From Eledone cirrhosa (lineage: Eukaryota), in assembly GCA_964016885.1 (NCBI GenBank), contig OZ024758.1, positions 22,816,001 through 22,880,000 on the forward strand: a stretch of DNA of 64,000 nucleotides, read 5' to 3'. Shown here in pieces: positions 25,931 through 39,840 of the stretch. Numbering within the stretch: position 1 is the first letter of the stretch; each line of letters begins with the position of its first letter. The translations under genes were made by a program, and so were the position numbers. The notes below the pieces were generated by a model. That model saw nothing but the letters and a program-made list of their open reading frames with translations, searched no databases and had not been told where the DNA came from.

Positions 25931-26820
25931 CTGAGGCTAGATGGAATATAGGTATGGGAATACTGAGGCTAGATGGAATATAGGGATGGGAATACTGAGG
26001 CTAGATGGAATATAGGTATGGGAATACTGAGGCTAGATGGAATATAGGTATGGGAATACTGAGGCTAGATGGAATATAGGTATGGGAATACTGAGGCTAG
26101 ATGGAATATAGGTATGGGAATACTGAGACAGATGGAATATAGGGATGGGAATACTGAGACAGCTGGAATATAGGTATGGGAATACTGAGGCTAGATGGAA
26201 TATAGGGATGGGAATACTGAGACAGATGGAATATAGGGATGGGAATACTGAGGCTAGATGGAATATAGGGATGGGAATACTGAGACAGATGGAATATAGG
26301 GATGGGAATACTGAGACAGATGGAATATAGGTATGGGAATACTGAGACAGATGGAATATAGGGGTGGGAATACTGAGACAGATGGAATATAGGGATGGGA
26401 ATACTGAGACAGATGGAATATAGGGGTGGGAATACTGAGACAGATGGAATATAGGTATGGGAATACTGAGACAGATGGAATATAGGGATGGGAATACTGA
26501 GACAGATGGAATATAGGTATGGGAATACTGAGACAGATGGAATATAGGGGTGGGAATACTGAGACAGATGGAATATAGGGGTGGGAATACTGAGACAGAT
26601 GGAATATAGGGGTGGGAATACTGAGACAGATGGAATATAGGTATGGGAATACTGAGACAGATGGAATATAGGGGTGGGAATACTGAGACAGATGGAATAT
26701 AGGGATGGGAATACTGAGACAGATGGAATATAGGGGTGGGAATACTGAGACAGATGGAATATAGGTATGGGAATACTGAGACAGATGGAATATAGGGATG
26801 GGAATACTGAGACAGCTGGA
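25930..26820. repeat. 31-32-bp minisatellite, about 28 units
   Basis: Unit ACTGAGACAGATGGAATATAGG(GA/TA/GG)TGGGAAT. Confidence 0.95.
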
Positions 26821-27299
26821 AACAGTTTGAAATCATTATTAACATCATCAACATTATCATTATGATGACAACGATGATGATGATGATCATCATCATCATC
26901 AACATTATCATCAGCATTATCATCATCAACACTATCATCATCATCATCATCATCAACAACATTATCATTAAAATTATCCTCATCATCAACATCAGTTTTA
27001 TGTACATATTCCCTCCATGCAGGTCACCCTAACACAATGTTACCAAACATTGTGCACTAATTGACCCTAAGTAGATAGCATGAAGTTTAATTACAGACCG
27101 GCCCAGTAAGCTGGCTACCTATGATTATCAGCAATACAGTTCCATAGGAAAGTACAAATACAGCACCACATGTAGTTTGGAAACTTTCTGATAATACCTC
27201 ATATTATAAGAACAAATGATCAACAAGATCCTAGACCTTGTTCGCTTACCGAGTAGGGGTAGAGCTCACTAAATCGGATCAAGGAAACAATGCTTCCAT

Positions 27300-30200
27300 T
27301 GGCCTTAACAATTGCTAATACTATCTCCCAATTGCAACTCCTGAAAGAAGGAGCAATGTGAAATAAAGTATCTTGCTGAAGGACATGGTCTTGACAATTG
27401 CTAACACTATCTCCTGGTTACAACTCCTGAAAGAAGGAGCAATGTGAAATAAAGTATCTTGCTGAAGGACATGGTCTTGACAATTGCTAACACTATCTCC
27501 TGGTTACAACTCCTGAAAGAAGGAGCAATGTGAAATAAAGTATCTTGCTGAAGGACATGGTCTTGACAATTGCTAATACTATCTCCTGGTTACAACTCCT
27601 GACAGAAGGAGCAACGTGAAATAAAGTATCTTGCTGAAGGACATGGTCTTTCCAATTGCTAACACTATCTCCTGGTTACAACTCCTGACAGAAGGAGCAA
27701 TGTGAAATGAAGTATCTTGCTGAAGGACATGGTCTTGACAATTGCTAACACTATCTCCTGGTTACAACTCCTGACAGAAGGAGCAATGTGAAATAAAGTA
27801 TCTTGCTGAAGGACATGGTCTTTCCAATTGCTAATACTATCTCCTGGTTACAACTCCTGACAGAAGGAGCAATGTGAAATAAAGTATCTTGCTGAAGGAC
27901 ATGGTCTTTCCAATTGCTAATACTATCTCCTGGTTACAACTCCTGACAGAAGGAGCAATGTGAAATAATGTAACTTGCTGAAGGACATGGTCTTTCCAAT
28001 TGCTAATACTATCTCCTGGTTACAACTCCTGACAGAAGGAGCAATGTGAAATAAAGTATCTTGCTGAAGGACATGGTCTTTCCAATTGCTAATACTATCT
28101 CCTGGTTACAACTCCTGACAGAAGGAGCAATGTGAAATAAAGTATCTTGCTGAAGGACATGGTCTTGACAATTGCTAATACTATCTCCTGGTTACAACTC
28201 CTGACAGAAGGAGCAATGTGAAATGAAGTATCTTGCTGAAGGACATGGTCTTGACAATTGCTAACACTATCTCCTGGTTACAACTCCTGACAGAAGGAGC
28301 AACGTGAAATGAAGTATCTTGCTGAAGGACATGGTCTTGACAATTGCTAACACTATCTCCTGGTTACAACTCCTGACAGAAGGAGCAATGTGAAATGAAG
28401 TATCTTGCTGAAGGACATGGTCTTGACAATTGCTAACACTATCTCCTGGTTACAACTCCTGACAGAAGGAGCAATGTGAAATGAAGTATCTTGCTGAAGG
28501 ACATGGTCTTGACAATTGCTAATACTATCTCCTGGTTACAACTCCTGACAGAAGGAGCAATGTGAAATGAAGTATCTTGCTGAAGGACATGGTCTTGACA
28601 ATTGCTAACACTATCTCCTGGTTACAACTCCTGACAGAAGGAGCAATGTGAAATAAAGTATCTTGCTGAAGGACATGGTCTTTCCAATTGCTAATACTAT
28701 CTCCTGGTTACAACTCCTGACAGAAGGAGCAATGTGAAATAAAGTATCTTGCTGAAGGACATGGTCTTTCCAATTGCTAATACTATCTCCTGGTTACAAC
28801 TCCTGACAGAAGGAGCAATGTGAAATAATGTAACTTGCTGAAGGACATGGTCTTTCCAATTGCTAATACTATCTCCTGGTTACAACTCCTGACAGAAGGA
28901 GCAATGTGAAATAAAGTATCTTGCTGAAGGACATGGTCTTTCCAATTGCTAATACTATCTCCTGGTTACAACTCCTGACAGAAGGAGCAATGTGAAATAA
29001 AGTATCTTGCTGAAGGACATGGTCTTGACAATTGCTAATACTATCTCCTGGTTACAACTCCTGACAGAAGGAGCAATGTGAAATGAAGTATCTTGCTGAA
29101 GGACATGGTCTTTCCAATTGCTAATACTATCTCCTGGTTACAACTCCTGACAGAAGGAGCAATGTGAAATAAAGTATCTTGCTGAAGGACATGGTCTTGA
29201 CAATTGCTAATACTATCTCCTGGTTACAACTCCTGACAGAAGGAGCAATGTGAAATGAAGTATCTTGCTGAAGGACATGGTCTTGACAATTGCTAACACT
29301 ATCTCCTGGTTACAACTCCTGACAGAAGGAGCAACGTGAAATGAAGTATCTTGCTGAAGGACATGGTCTTGACAATTGCTAACACTATCTCCTGGTTACA
29401 ACTCCTGACAGAAGGAGCAATGTGAAATGAAGTATCTTGCTGAAGGACATGGTCTTTCCAATTGCTAATACTATCTCCTGGTTACAACTCCTGACAGAAG
29501 GAGCAATGTGAAATAATGTAACTTGCTGAAGGACATGGTCTTTCCAATTGCTAATACTATCTCCTGGTTACAACTCCTGACAGAAGGAGCAATGTGAAAT
29601 AAAGTATCTTGCTGAAGGACATGGTCTTTCCAATTGCTAATACTATCTCCTGGTTACAACTCCTGACAGAAGGAGCAATGTGAAATAAAGTATCTTGCTG
29701 AAGGACATGGTCTTGACAATTGCTAATACTATCTCCTGGTTACAACTCCTGACAGAAGGAGCAATGTGAAATGAAGTATCTTGCTGAAGGACATGGTCTT
29801 TCCAATTGCTAATACTATCTCCTGGTTACAACTCCTGACAGAAGGAGCAATGTGAAATAAAGTATCTTGCTGAAGGACATGGTCTTGACAATTGCTAATA
29901 CTATCTCCTGGTTACAACTCCTGACAGAAGGAGCAATGTGAAATGAAGTATCTTGCTGAAGGACATGGTCTTGACAATTGCTAACACTATCTCCTGGTTA
30001 CAACTCCTGACAGAAGGAGCAACGTGAAATGAAGTATCTTGCTGAAGGACATGGTCTTGACAATTGCTAACACTATCTCCTGGTTACAACTCCTGACAGA
30101 AGGAGCAATGTGAAATGAAGTATCTTGCTGAAGGACATGGTCTTGACAATTGCTAACACTATCTCCTGGTTACAACTCCTGACAGAAGGAGCAATGTGAA

Positions 30201-33200
30201 ATGAAGTATCTTGCTGAAGGACATGGTCTTGACAATTGCTAATACTATCTCCTGGTTACAACTCCTGACAGAAGGAGCAATGTGAAATGAAGTATCTTGC
30301 TGAAGGACATGGTCTTGACAATTGCTAACACTATCTCCTGGTTACAACTCCTGACAGAAGGAGCAATGTGAAATAAAGTATCTTGCTGAAGGACATGGTC
30401 TTTCCAATTGCTAATACTATCTCCTGGTTACAACTCCTGACAGAAGGAGCAATGTGAAATAAAGTATCTTGCTGAAGGACATGGTCTTTCCAATTGCTAA
30501 TACTATCTCCTGGTTACAACTCCTGACAGAAGGAGCAATGTGAAATAATGTAACTTGCTGAAGGACATGGTCTTTCCAATTGCTAATACTATCTCCTGGT
30601 TACAACTCCTGACAGAAGGAGCAATGTGAAATAAAGTATCTTGCTGAAGGACATGGTCTTTCCAATTGCTAATACTATCTCCTGGTTACAACTCCTGACA
30701 GAAGGAGCAATGTGAAATAAAGTATCTTGCTGAAGGACATGGTCTTGACAATTGCTAATACTATCTCCTGGTTACAACTCCTGACAGAAGGAGCAATGTG
30801 AAATGAAGTATCTTGCTGAAGGACATGGTCTTGACAATTGCTAACACTATCTCCTGGTTACAACTCCTGACAGAAGGAGCAACGTGAAATGAAGTATCTT
30901 GCTGAAGGACATGGTCTTGACAATTGCTAACACTATCTCCTGGTTACAACTCCTGACAGAAGGAGCAATGTGAAATGAAGTATCTTGCTGAAGGACATGG
31001 TCTTGACAATTGCTAACACTATCTCCTGGTTACAACTCCTGACAGAAGGAGCAACGTGAAATGAAGTATCTTGCTGAAGGACATGGTCTTGACAATTGCT
31101 AACACTATCTCCTGGTTACAACTCCTGACAGAAGGAGCAATGTGAAATGAAGTATCTTGCTGAAGGACATGGTCTTGACAATTGCTAACACTATCTCCTG
31201 GTTACAACTCCTGACAGAAGGAGCAACGTGAAATGAAGTATCTTGCTGAAGGACATGGTCTTGACAATTGCTAACACTATCTCCTGGTTACAACTCCTGA
31301 CAGAAGGAGCAATGTGAAATGAAGTATCTTGCTGAAGGACATGGTCTTGACAATTGCTAACACTATCTCCTGGTTACAACTCCTGACAGAAGGAGCAACG
31401 TGAAATGAAGTATCTTGCTGAAGGACATGGTCTTGACAATTGCTAATACTATCTCCTGGTTACAACTCCTGACAGAAGGAGCAACGTGAAATGAAGTATC
31501 TTGCTGAAGGACATGGTCTTGACAATTGCTAATACTATCTCCTGGTTACAACTCCTGACAGAAGGAGCAATGTGAAATAAAGTATCTTGCTGAAGGACAT
31601 GGTCTTTCCAATTGCTAACACTATCTCCTGGTTACAACTCCTGACAGAAGGAGCAATGTGAAATAAAGTATCTTGCTGAAGGACATGGTCTTTCCAATTG
31701 CTAACACTATCTCCTGGTTACAACTCCTGACAGAAGGAGCAATGTGAAATGAAGTATCTTGCTGAAGGACATGGTCTTGACAATTGCTAATACTATCTCC
31801 TGGTTACAACTCCTTACAGAAGGAGCAATGTGAAATAAAGTATCTTGCTGAAGGACATGGTCTTGACAATTGCTAATACTATCTCCTGGTTACAACTCCT
31901 GACAGAAGGAGCAATGTGAAATAAAGTATCTTGCTGAAGGACATGGTCTTTCCAATTGCTAATACTATCTCCTGGTTACAACTCCTTACAGAAGGAGCAA
32001 TGTGAAATAAAGTATCTTGCTGAAGGACATGGTCTTTCCAATTGCTAATACTATCTCCTGGTTACAACTCCTTACAGAAGGAGCAATGTGAAATAAAGTA
32101 TCTTGCTGAAGGACATGGTCTTTCCAATTGCTAATACTATCTCCTGGTTACAACTCCTTACAGAAGGAGCAATGTGAAATAAAGTATCTTGCTCAAGGAC
32201 ATGGTCTTGACAATTGCTAATACTATCTCCTGGTTACAACTCCTTACAGAAGGAGCAATGTGAAATAAAGTATCTTGCTCAAGGACATGGTCTTGACAAT
32301 TGCTAATACTATCTCCTGGTTACAACTCCTTACAGAAGGAGCAATGTGAAATAAAGTATCTTGCTCAAGGACATGGTCTTGACAATTGCTAACACTATCT
32401 CCTGGTTACAACTCCTGACAGAAGGAGCAATGTGAAATAAAGTATCTTGCTCAAGGACATGGTCTTGACAATTGCTAATACTATCTCCTGGTTACAACTC
32501 CTTACAGAAGGAGCAATGTGAAATAAAGTATCTTGCTGAAGGACATGGTCTTTCCAATTGCTAACACTATCTCCTGGTTACAACTCCTGACAGAAGGAGC
32601 AATGTGAAATAAAGTATCTTGCTCAAGGACATGGTCTTGACAATTGCTAATACTATCTCCTGGTTACAACTCCTGACAGAAGGAGCAATGTGAAATAAAG
32701 TATCTTGCTCAAGGACATGGTCTTGACAATTGCTAATACTTTCTCCTGGTTACAACTCCTGACAGAAGGAGCAATGTGAAATAAAGTAACTTGCTGAAGG
32801 ACATGGTCTTTCCAATTGCTAATACTATCTCCTGGTTACAACTCCTGACAGAAGGAGCAATGTGAAATAATGTAACTTGCTGAAGGACATGGTCTTGACA
32901 ATTGCTAATACTATCTCCTGGTTACAACTCCTGACAGAAGGAGCAATGTGAAATGAAGTATCTTGCTGAAGGACATGGTCTTGACAATTGCTAATACTAT
33001 CTGCTGGTTACAACTCCTGACAGAAGGAGCAATGTGAAATGAAGTATCTTGCTGAAGGACATGGTCTTGACAATTGCTAATACTATCTCCTGGTTACAAC
33101 TCCTGACAGAAGGAGCAATGTGAAATAAAGTATCTTGCTGAAGGACATGGTCTTGACAATTGCTAACACTATCTCCTGGTTACAACTCCTGACAGAAGGA

Positions 33201-33232
33201 GCAACGTGAAATAAAGTGTCTTGCTCAAGGAC
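27300..33232. repeat. 86-bp tandem array, about 69 units, inside a SINE
   Basis: Unit GAAGGAGCAATGTGAAATAAAGTATCTTGCTGAAGGACATGGTCTTGACAATTGCTAA(C/T)ACTATCTCCTGGTTACAACTCCTGACA. Same phase at 28981 and 31561 (30 x 86). Confidence 0.97.
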
Positions 33233-33633
33233 ATAACGCATCACCTGGTCCAGGAAACGAACTCACTAGCTCACAATTGTGAATCCAATTCTCTAACCAC
33301 TAAGCCACATGCCTTCACAATTGTAGAAGGTAGAATATCTAAAGATTCTATACACATGCACACACAGACTGACAGGCACAGACAGACACACACTTACATA
33401 CACACTGACAGACATACACTCACACATACTTACAAGTTAGAATATGTAAATATCTTATGCACATACACACATATATACGCACAGACAGACATGCTTACAA
33501 GTTAGAATATTTAAATATTCTACACACAGACACACACACACACACACGCACACACATACATATACATTCACACACAGATAGACACACAGACAGACAGATA
33601 TTCTTACAGGAGTAATTTCTGTATGATACTTAC

Positions 33634-34049
33634 CAAGGAAATGGTATCGATTAAAAGAGATTCTCCAAATACAATGAAGTCAGGAATGGTGTTGAAATGT
33701 ATATCTTTGAAGATGGTGAGCAACGATGAAGGATCGAGTGGAAAGATAAAACAGTTGAGGAGGAAGCAGTAGAGCAGACTGACTTTGCAATGTAAGATAT
33801 TGCAGATGCCTACAGAAAGTAGTAGAATGCAGATCAGTTTGAAGAGATGAATGACCCCTGGCTTAGCTATCAATGGAACCAAAATCAAGGTCAAGATAGC
33901 AAGAGATGCAGCAATATCTGGGGCTAGATTCCCAGATGTCAGCGAGGGCCAAGATGTGAAGTAAGGCATGTAAGAGAACAGAGTTACAGTTAAAACAGCC
34001 AGAAATAGAGGTATCAAGGTGGTTCTCCTCCATTTTGAAGCATAGCAAT
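33634..34049 (-). CDS. Diverged SLC9A/NHE-type Na+/H+ exchanger, exon A (416 nt, phase 1 to 0)
   Basis: Acceptor ttctttctcttccAG, donor GTaagtat. Ends ...FIFPLDPSSLLTIFKDIHFNTIPDFIVFGESLLIDTISL, matching NHE1 ...[37 protein letters not shown], which ends at the same intron position as recalled for NHE1. Confidence 0.9.
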
Positions 34050-34069
34050 CTGGAAGAGAAAGAAAATAT

Positions 34070-34453
34070 ATAATAATAATAATAATAATTGTTTCTACTT
34101 TAGGCACAAGGCCAGCAATTACCCAGTGCATTACTGGTACTTTATTTTATCGACCCCGTAAGGATGAAAGGCAAAGTCAACCTCGGCGGGATTTGAACTC
34201 AGATCATAAAGGGACGTAACTATGCTGGAAAGCATGGTGTCCGACCCTCTACCGATACTGCCAATTCACTTCTACTTTTGGCACAAGGCCAGCAATTACC
34301 CCAGTACATTACTGGTACTTTATTTTATCAACCACGTAAGGATGAAAGGCAAAGTTAACCTCGGCGGGATTTGAACTCAGACCGTAAAGGGACATAACTA
34401 TGCTAGAAAGCATGGCGTCCAACCCTCTACAGATACTGCCAATTCACCGCCCT

Positions 34454-34496
<43 letters not shown>

Positions 34497-34875
34497 GTTC
34501 AACTTTAGGCACAAGGCCAGCAATTTGAGGGGAGGGGTAAAGTTGATTAAATCGACCCCAGTACATTACTGGTGCTTTATTTTATCGGCCCCATAAGGAT
34601 GAAAGGCAAAGCTAACCTTGGCGAGGTTTGAACTTAGAACGTAAAGGGCCGTAACTCTATGCTGCAAAGCATGGTGTCTGACGCCCTACCGATACTGCCA
34701 AATCACTTTTGGCACAAGGCCAGTAATTACCCCAGTGCATTACTGGTACTTTATTTTATCGACCCCATAAGAATGAAAGGCTAAGTTAACCTCAGCAGGT
34801 CTTGAACTGAGAACACAAAGGGCCATAACTCTATGCTGCAAAGCACGGTGTCTGACGCTCTACCGATACTGCCAT
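34070..34875 (-). mobile_element. Four head-to-tail SINE B copies
   Basis: Four successive ...CTTT(T/A)GGCACAAGGCCAG...GATACTGCC units. Confidence 0.85.
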
Positions 34876-35652
34876 AATAATGATAATAAGGATTTCTTTA
34901 TTATTGGCCACAAGGGCCAAACACAGGCCAATACAAAGACGGGGACGGTGAGGATTTACACGCAATTGAGTTAAAAAATTAACAAAACAATTAACGAAAA
35001 ATATCAACAACAGAATTCCCCAATACGGTGGAGAATACCACCCAGGGGTGACATTAGGAACTCCACAAATCCCAACCCACCCTCTTTCTTTATTAACTAC
35101 AAAGGCGTTACGTCAAGAAAAATATTAAGACGACACAGGACAAAAACATAGTGTTGGTGTTGGGGTGTGAGTGTGTGTGTTGGTGTGTGAGTGTGTGTGT
35201 GTTGGTGTGTGAGTCTGTGTGTTGGTGTGTGGGTGTGTGTGTGTGCGTGTTGGTGTGTGTGTGTGTGTGTGTGTGTTGGTGTGTGTGTGCGCGTGTTGGT
35301 GTGTGTTGGTGTGTGGGTGGGTGTTGGTGTGTGTGTGTGTGTTTGTGGGTGTTGGTGTGTAATACATAAGTAATATGTAATTTCAAATAAAATTTAAAAT
35401 TTTATAACAAAAAATATTTTATGACACATTTAAAGATTTGTTCCAATTAAACATTTTCAAAACACAGCTCGCAGCAAAAATATGATTCATGGCGCCAAAA
35501 GAAAGAGGAAACAAAACAAAATGTAAATTAAATTTAGAAAGAAAAGAAAGAGGAAACAAAACAAAATGTAAATTATATTTAGTATAAGTATCTGAAATGA
35601 AATTCATTTTCAAATACAATATTTTTTCATTTTATATATACATTATATATAT

Positions 35653-35954
35653 CATCATCATCATTTCATTTCACGTCCGCTTTTCCCTGCTTGCAAGGGT
35701 GGGACGGGAACTGATTCTGGCTTGATTTCTACAGCTGGATGCCCTTCCTAACACCAACCTCATTTACAGTGAGTGCTGGGTGCTTTTTTTCCATGGCACC
35801 TACACGTCCACTTTACAGTGGAATGATATGGACCCCAGTCCCTGTCATCTCATTTCTACAGCTGAGTAAACTGGAGCAATGTGAAATAAAGTGTCTTGCT
35901 CAAGGAAACAACACATCACCTGGTCTGAGAATTGAACTCACAACCTTTCGATTG
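35653..35954 (-). mobile_element. SINE A copy, 5'-truncated
   Basis: Reverse-complement match. Confidence 0.85.
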
Positions 35955-36909
35955 TATATGCTTTCATACATGCCTCTATTACAGAAAATATAATGGCTGT
36001 TTTATCAAAGTACTTATATGACATTGTGTTTAAACACAAGGTCATATAAATTTTGATTTTACTACTATTATTGTGTTGTGTTCTTGAACAAAACACAACT
36101 GTTTGCCGCAACTTGCCAAACTACACATATGTACACTTGGGTGGTTAGTATATAGATAGTATTTTTCTCTAACAAATATACTTTCCATTCTAGCCAAGCA
36201 TTTAAAAGCATATGTACAACAGTGAAAAAAAAAAATGTGAGAGTCGAAAATGGAGAAAATAACTGTAATAACAGTTGATCATCATCATCATCATCTTCGT
36301 TTAACGTCCATCTTCCATGCTAGCATGGGTTAGACGGGAGGTGTCCCACTTGAGGCAAGGTTGGTCGGGTGACCGTGTCTTGCTCATATAGGACTATCTG
36401 GCAGGTTTTCTACGACTGGATGCCCTTCCTAACACCAACCACATTTACAGTGTGGAACTGGGAACTTTTTACCGTGTTACCTACACGGCCACATTACAGC
36501 GTGGACTGTGTGGTTTTTTTTTTGTCGTGACACCTACACGATCTCGATCTCATTATCTCATTTATTTGGACTGGATGGTGTGGTACCAACTTTACAGAGA
36601 GAGGGTGATGTTGGTGGGAGTGGAAGGATAGGGTAGGGGCAGTGGATTGGGGTGTATATTTGGTTAAGAGGTGCCTACTGACTGTAGGTTTCGCTTTGTA
36701 CATAGGGATCACTATAAATAATAGTTGAGAAAATTGGGTAAATTACATACAGAATCAGAAAAAAGTCAACAGAGATGCCTGTTATTACAGTTATTTTCTC
36801 CATTTGGGATTCTCTCAGTATTTCGATAATTCATAAGGTTTAATATATATTTTTTTTAATGTTAAGAGAGGAACAGTGCAACTTAACAATTATAACTGCT
36901 AATAAAGTG

Positions 36910-37570
36910 TTTGTGTTGGTGTCATGACAAAAAATGCCCAGTCCACACTGTAAAGTTGTTGCGTAGGTGTCATGACCAAAAGTGCCCAGCCCACACTGTA
37001 AAGTGGTTGTGTAGGTGTCACTTCAAAAAGTGCCCAGCCCACTGTAAAGTAGTCGCATTGGCAACACAACAAAAAGTGCCCAGCCCACACTGTAAAGTGA
37101 TTGTGTAGGTGTCACCTCAAAAAGTGCCCAGCCTACTGTAAAGTAGTCACATTGGCAACACAACAAAAAGTGCCCAGCCCACACTGTAAAGTAGTTGTGT
37201 TTGAAACATGGCAAAAATTGCCCAGCCCACACTGTAAAGTGGTCGTGTTGGCAACATGACAAAAAGTGCCACACACTGTGAGGTGGTTGTGTAGGTATCA
37301 CGACAAAAAGTGCCCAGTCCACACTGTGGTCATGTAGGCATCATGATAAAAAGTGCCCAGCCCACACTGTAAAGTGGTAATGTAGGTGTCACGACAAAAA
37401 ACACCCAGCCCACACACTGTAAAGTTGTTGCGTAGGTGTCACGACCAAAAATTGCCCAGCCCACACTGTAAAGTGGTCGTGTTGGCAACATGACAAAAAG
37501 TGCCCAATCCACACTGTGAGGTGCTTGTGTAGGTATCATGACAAAAAGTGCCCAGCCCACACTGTAAACT
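36910..37570. repeat. Diverged 48-bp minisatellite in the opposite orientation
   Basis: Repeated AAAAGTGCCCAGCCCACACTGTAAAGTGG, followed by an RTE-type 3' end at 37570-37740. Confidence 0.85.
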
Positions 37571-38816
37571 GGTTGGCGTTAGGAAAGGCATCCAGCCGTA
37601 GAAACCAGGCCAAAATCAGTTCTGTGTGAGCGAAACACAGTCCTCTGACTTGATCTCTCACCAAAGGACAGCCCATCCTACCTATGCTAGCGTGGAAAAT
37701 GGTCGTTAAACAACGATGATGATGATAATGATGATGATATCATATTATCAAGAGCTGTTTTATCTCAGCTCTTCAGTCTGATATCAGGTCAACATTGACA
37801 TTAACGATTACAAATTACCTGCTTCTCGTAATATTATATCTCATGCGCAGGGTAGACACCTGAACACCAAGTGACTTACGAATGTTATTAGAAGACACTA
37901 TTGGTAACAGCTGTCCTTACCAAGGACACAAATACAGAGTTTCAAGTGTCATATATATTTTTAGTGTACTGGATGGAAATAAAATTAACTCAACTAATTC
38001 TTGTCATCACTTTGCAATTAGTAATGGGGCATTATTATATAAACAAAACAAACTGAAAATACTATCATAATTTCTAAACCTATTTGGGAAACTGTCAACA
38101 ATTGAAAGTTTTCATAATATTGGTTGTTGTTTAGCCCTAGACATATGACGAAAAGCATCCCAGCCATAACTGTCTATACGAGTCATTGGCAAATTGTGGC
38201 TTGTTTGGATTTCTGAATGGCACACCTAATTTCAAAATTGTCTTGAATTTTTTAGTAGTGCGGCCTGCCTTATGAAGCGCCACATGAAGGCCCACTGCTA
38301 AAAAAAGGGTTGCCCATGCCTGGTCTACACTTTCATCTTCGCATAATATATCTAGGAGCATATAATTCAATGTGTCCTTTTTTTTTTTTTTGTAAAGATA
38401 TTGAGCCATGAATTGAAGAAGATTTGGCTACTATTTTTAGCAGGTTCTGCAACATTATTTGAAAATGAAATAAATATGATCAATATTTTATGTCCGTTTT
38501 ACAATGTTTACAATTCTGTGTACATTTTATTGTGCTAGCCTCACTAGAGAAAGAACTGGTTATTTATCAACCCCAAAAGGATGAACAGTATAGTTGAACT
38601 TGGAGTACAAAAGACATCGACAAGAATCATTAGAGTGTCAGACAAATGCTGTGTAGTATGTTTAACCCTTTACCATTTAAACCGGCCGAATCTGGCCAAA
38701 ATTCTCTCACCTCTTTCTGTTCAAACCGGCCGTAACTAGCCACTCATACTGATATTAAGGTCTTGTTTTCAAAGTAAATAATAATAGCATCAAAATCTCA
38801 TAGATTTGATGTGAAT

Positions 38817-39130
38817 CCTTGCAATCGAAAGGTTGTGAGTTCAATTCTCAGACCGGGTGATGTGTTGTTTCCTTGAGCAAGACACTTTATTTCACATTGC
38901 TCCAGTTTACTCAGCTGTAGAAATGAGATGATAGGGACTGGGGTCCCTATCATTCCACTGCAAAGTGGTCGTGGAGGTGCCACGGCAAAAAAGCACCCAG
39001 CACTCACTGTAAATGAGGTTGGTGTTAGGAAGGGCATCCAGCTGTAGAAATCAAGCCAGAATCAGTTCCCGTCCCACCCTTGCAAGCAGGGAAAAGCGGA
39101 CGTAAGATGATGATGATGATGATGATGATG
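38817..39130 (+). mobile_element. SINE A copy nested in a MITE
   Basis: Lacks the A box. MITE sequence resumes after the (GAT)n tail. Confidence 0.85.
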
Positions 39131-39573
39131 AAAGCCTTTACTGCGAAAATACAATAGTATATATAGAGTAATGTGAATGCTAAAGGGTTAAGCTGTGTTC
39201 TGAATTCAAATGCCACCGAGGTAAATTCTACAAGGTTTCAGGATTAACTCTTTAGCATTTAAACCGGCCATATCCGGTCGGAATTTTCGCACCTCTTTCT
39301 GTTCAAACCAGCCATAACCGGCTGCTCATACTTATGTTAAGTATTGTTCTCAAAAGAAATGATATCAAAATCTTGAAGATCTGACAGCGGTGGATTGGCA
39401 GTATCGGTAGAGGGTCGGACGCCATGCTTTCCAGCATAGTTACGTCCCTTTACGATCTGAGTTCAAATCCCGCCGAGGTTGACTTTGCCTTTCATCCTTA
39501 CGGGGTCGATAAAATAAAGTACCAGTAATGCACTGGGTAATTGCTGGCCTTGTGCCTAAAGTAGAAACAATTA

Positions 39574-39769
39574 TCTATATACTACTAAAACGCTGTGCTT
39601 GCTTGCTTGCTTGTCTCTAATGTAATACAGCCAAAAGGGTGCATAATGGGAAAATACTTTGAAAGGGAGTTGCCCCTAAAATGGGAATACAAATGAAATA
39701 AAACAAGTTTTGCATAAATCGGAGCACAGGTTCCCAAGATACAGGGTTTTTCCGGGTACCTTCATAAAC

Positions 39770-39840
<71 letters not shown>

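Noticed and set aside
27300-33232. CRISPR-like array
   Set aside because: Units are contiguous near-identical repeats with no unique spacers, there are no cas genes, and the context is eukaryotic.
37819-37859. 41-nt candidate exon with a strong donor (CAG|GTAATT)
   Set aside because: The only open frame ends in phase 2 whereas exon A needs phase 1. No homology support.
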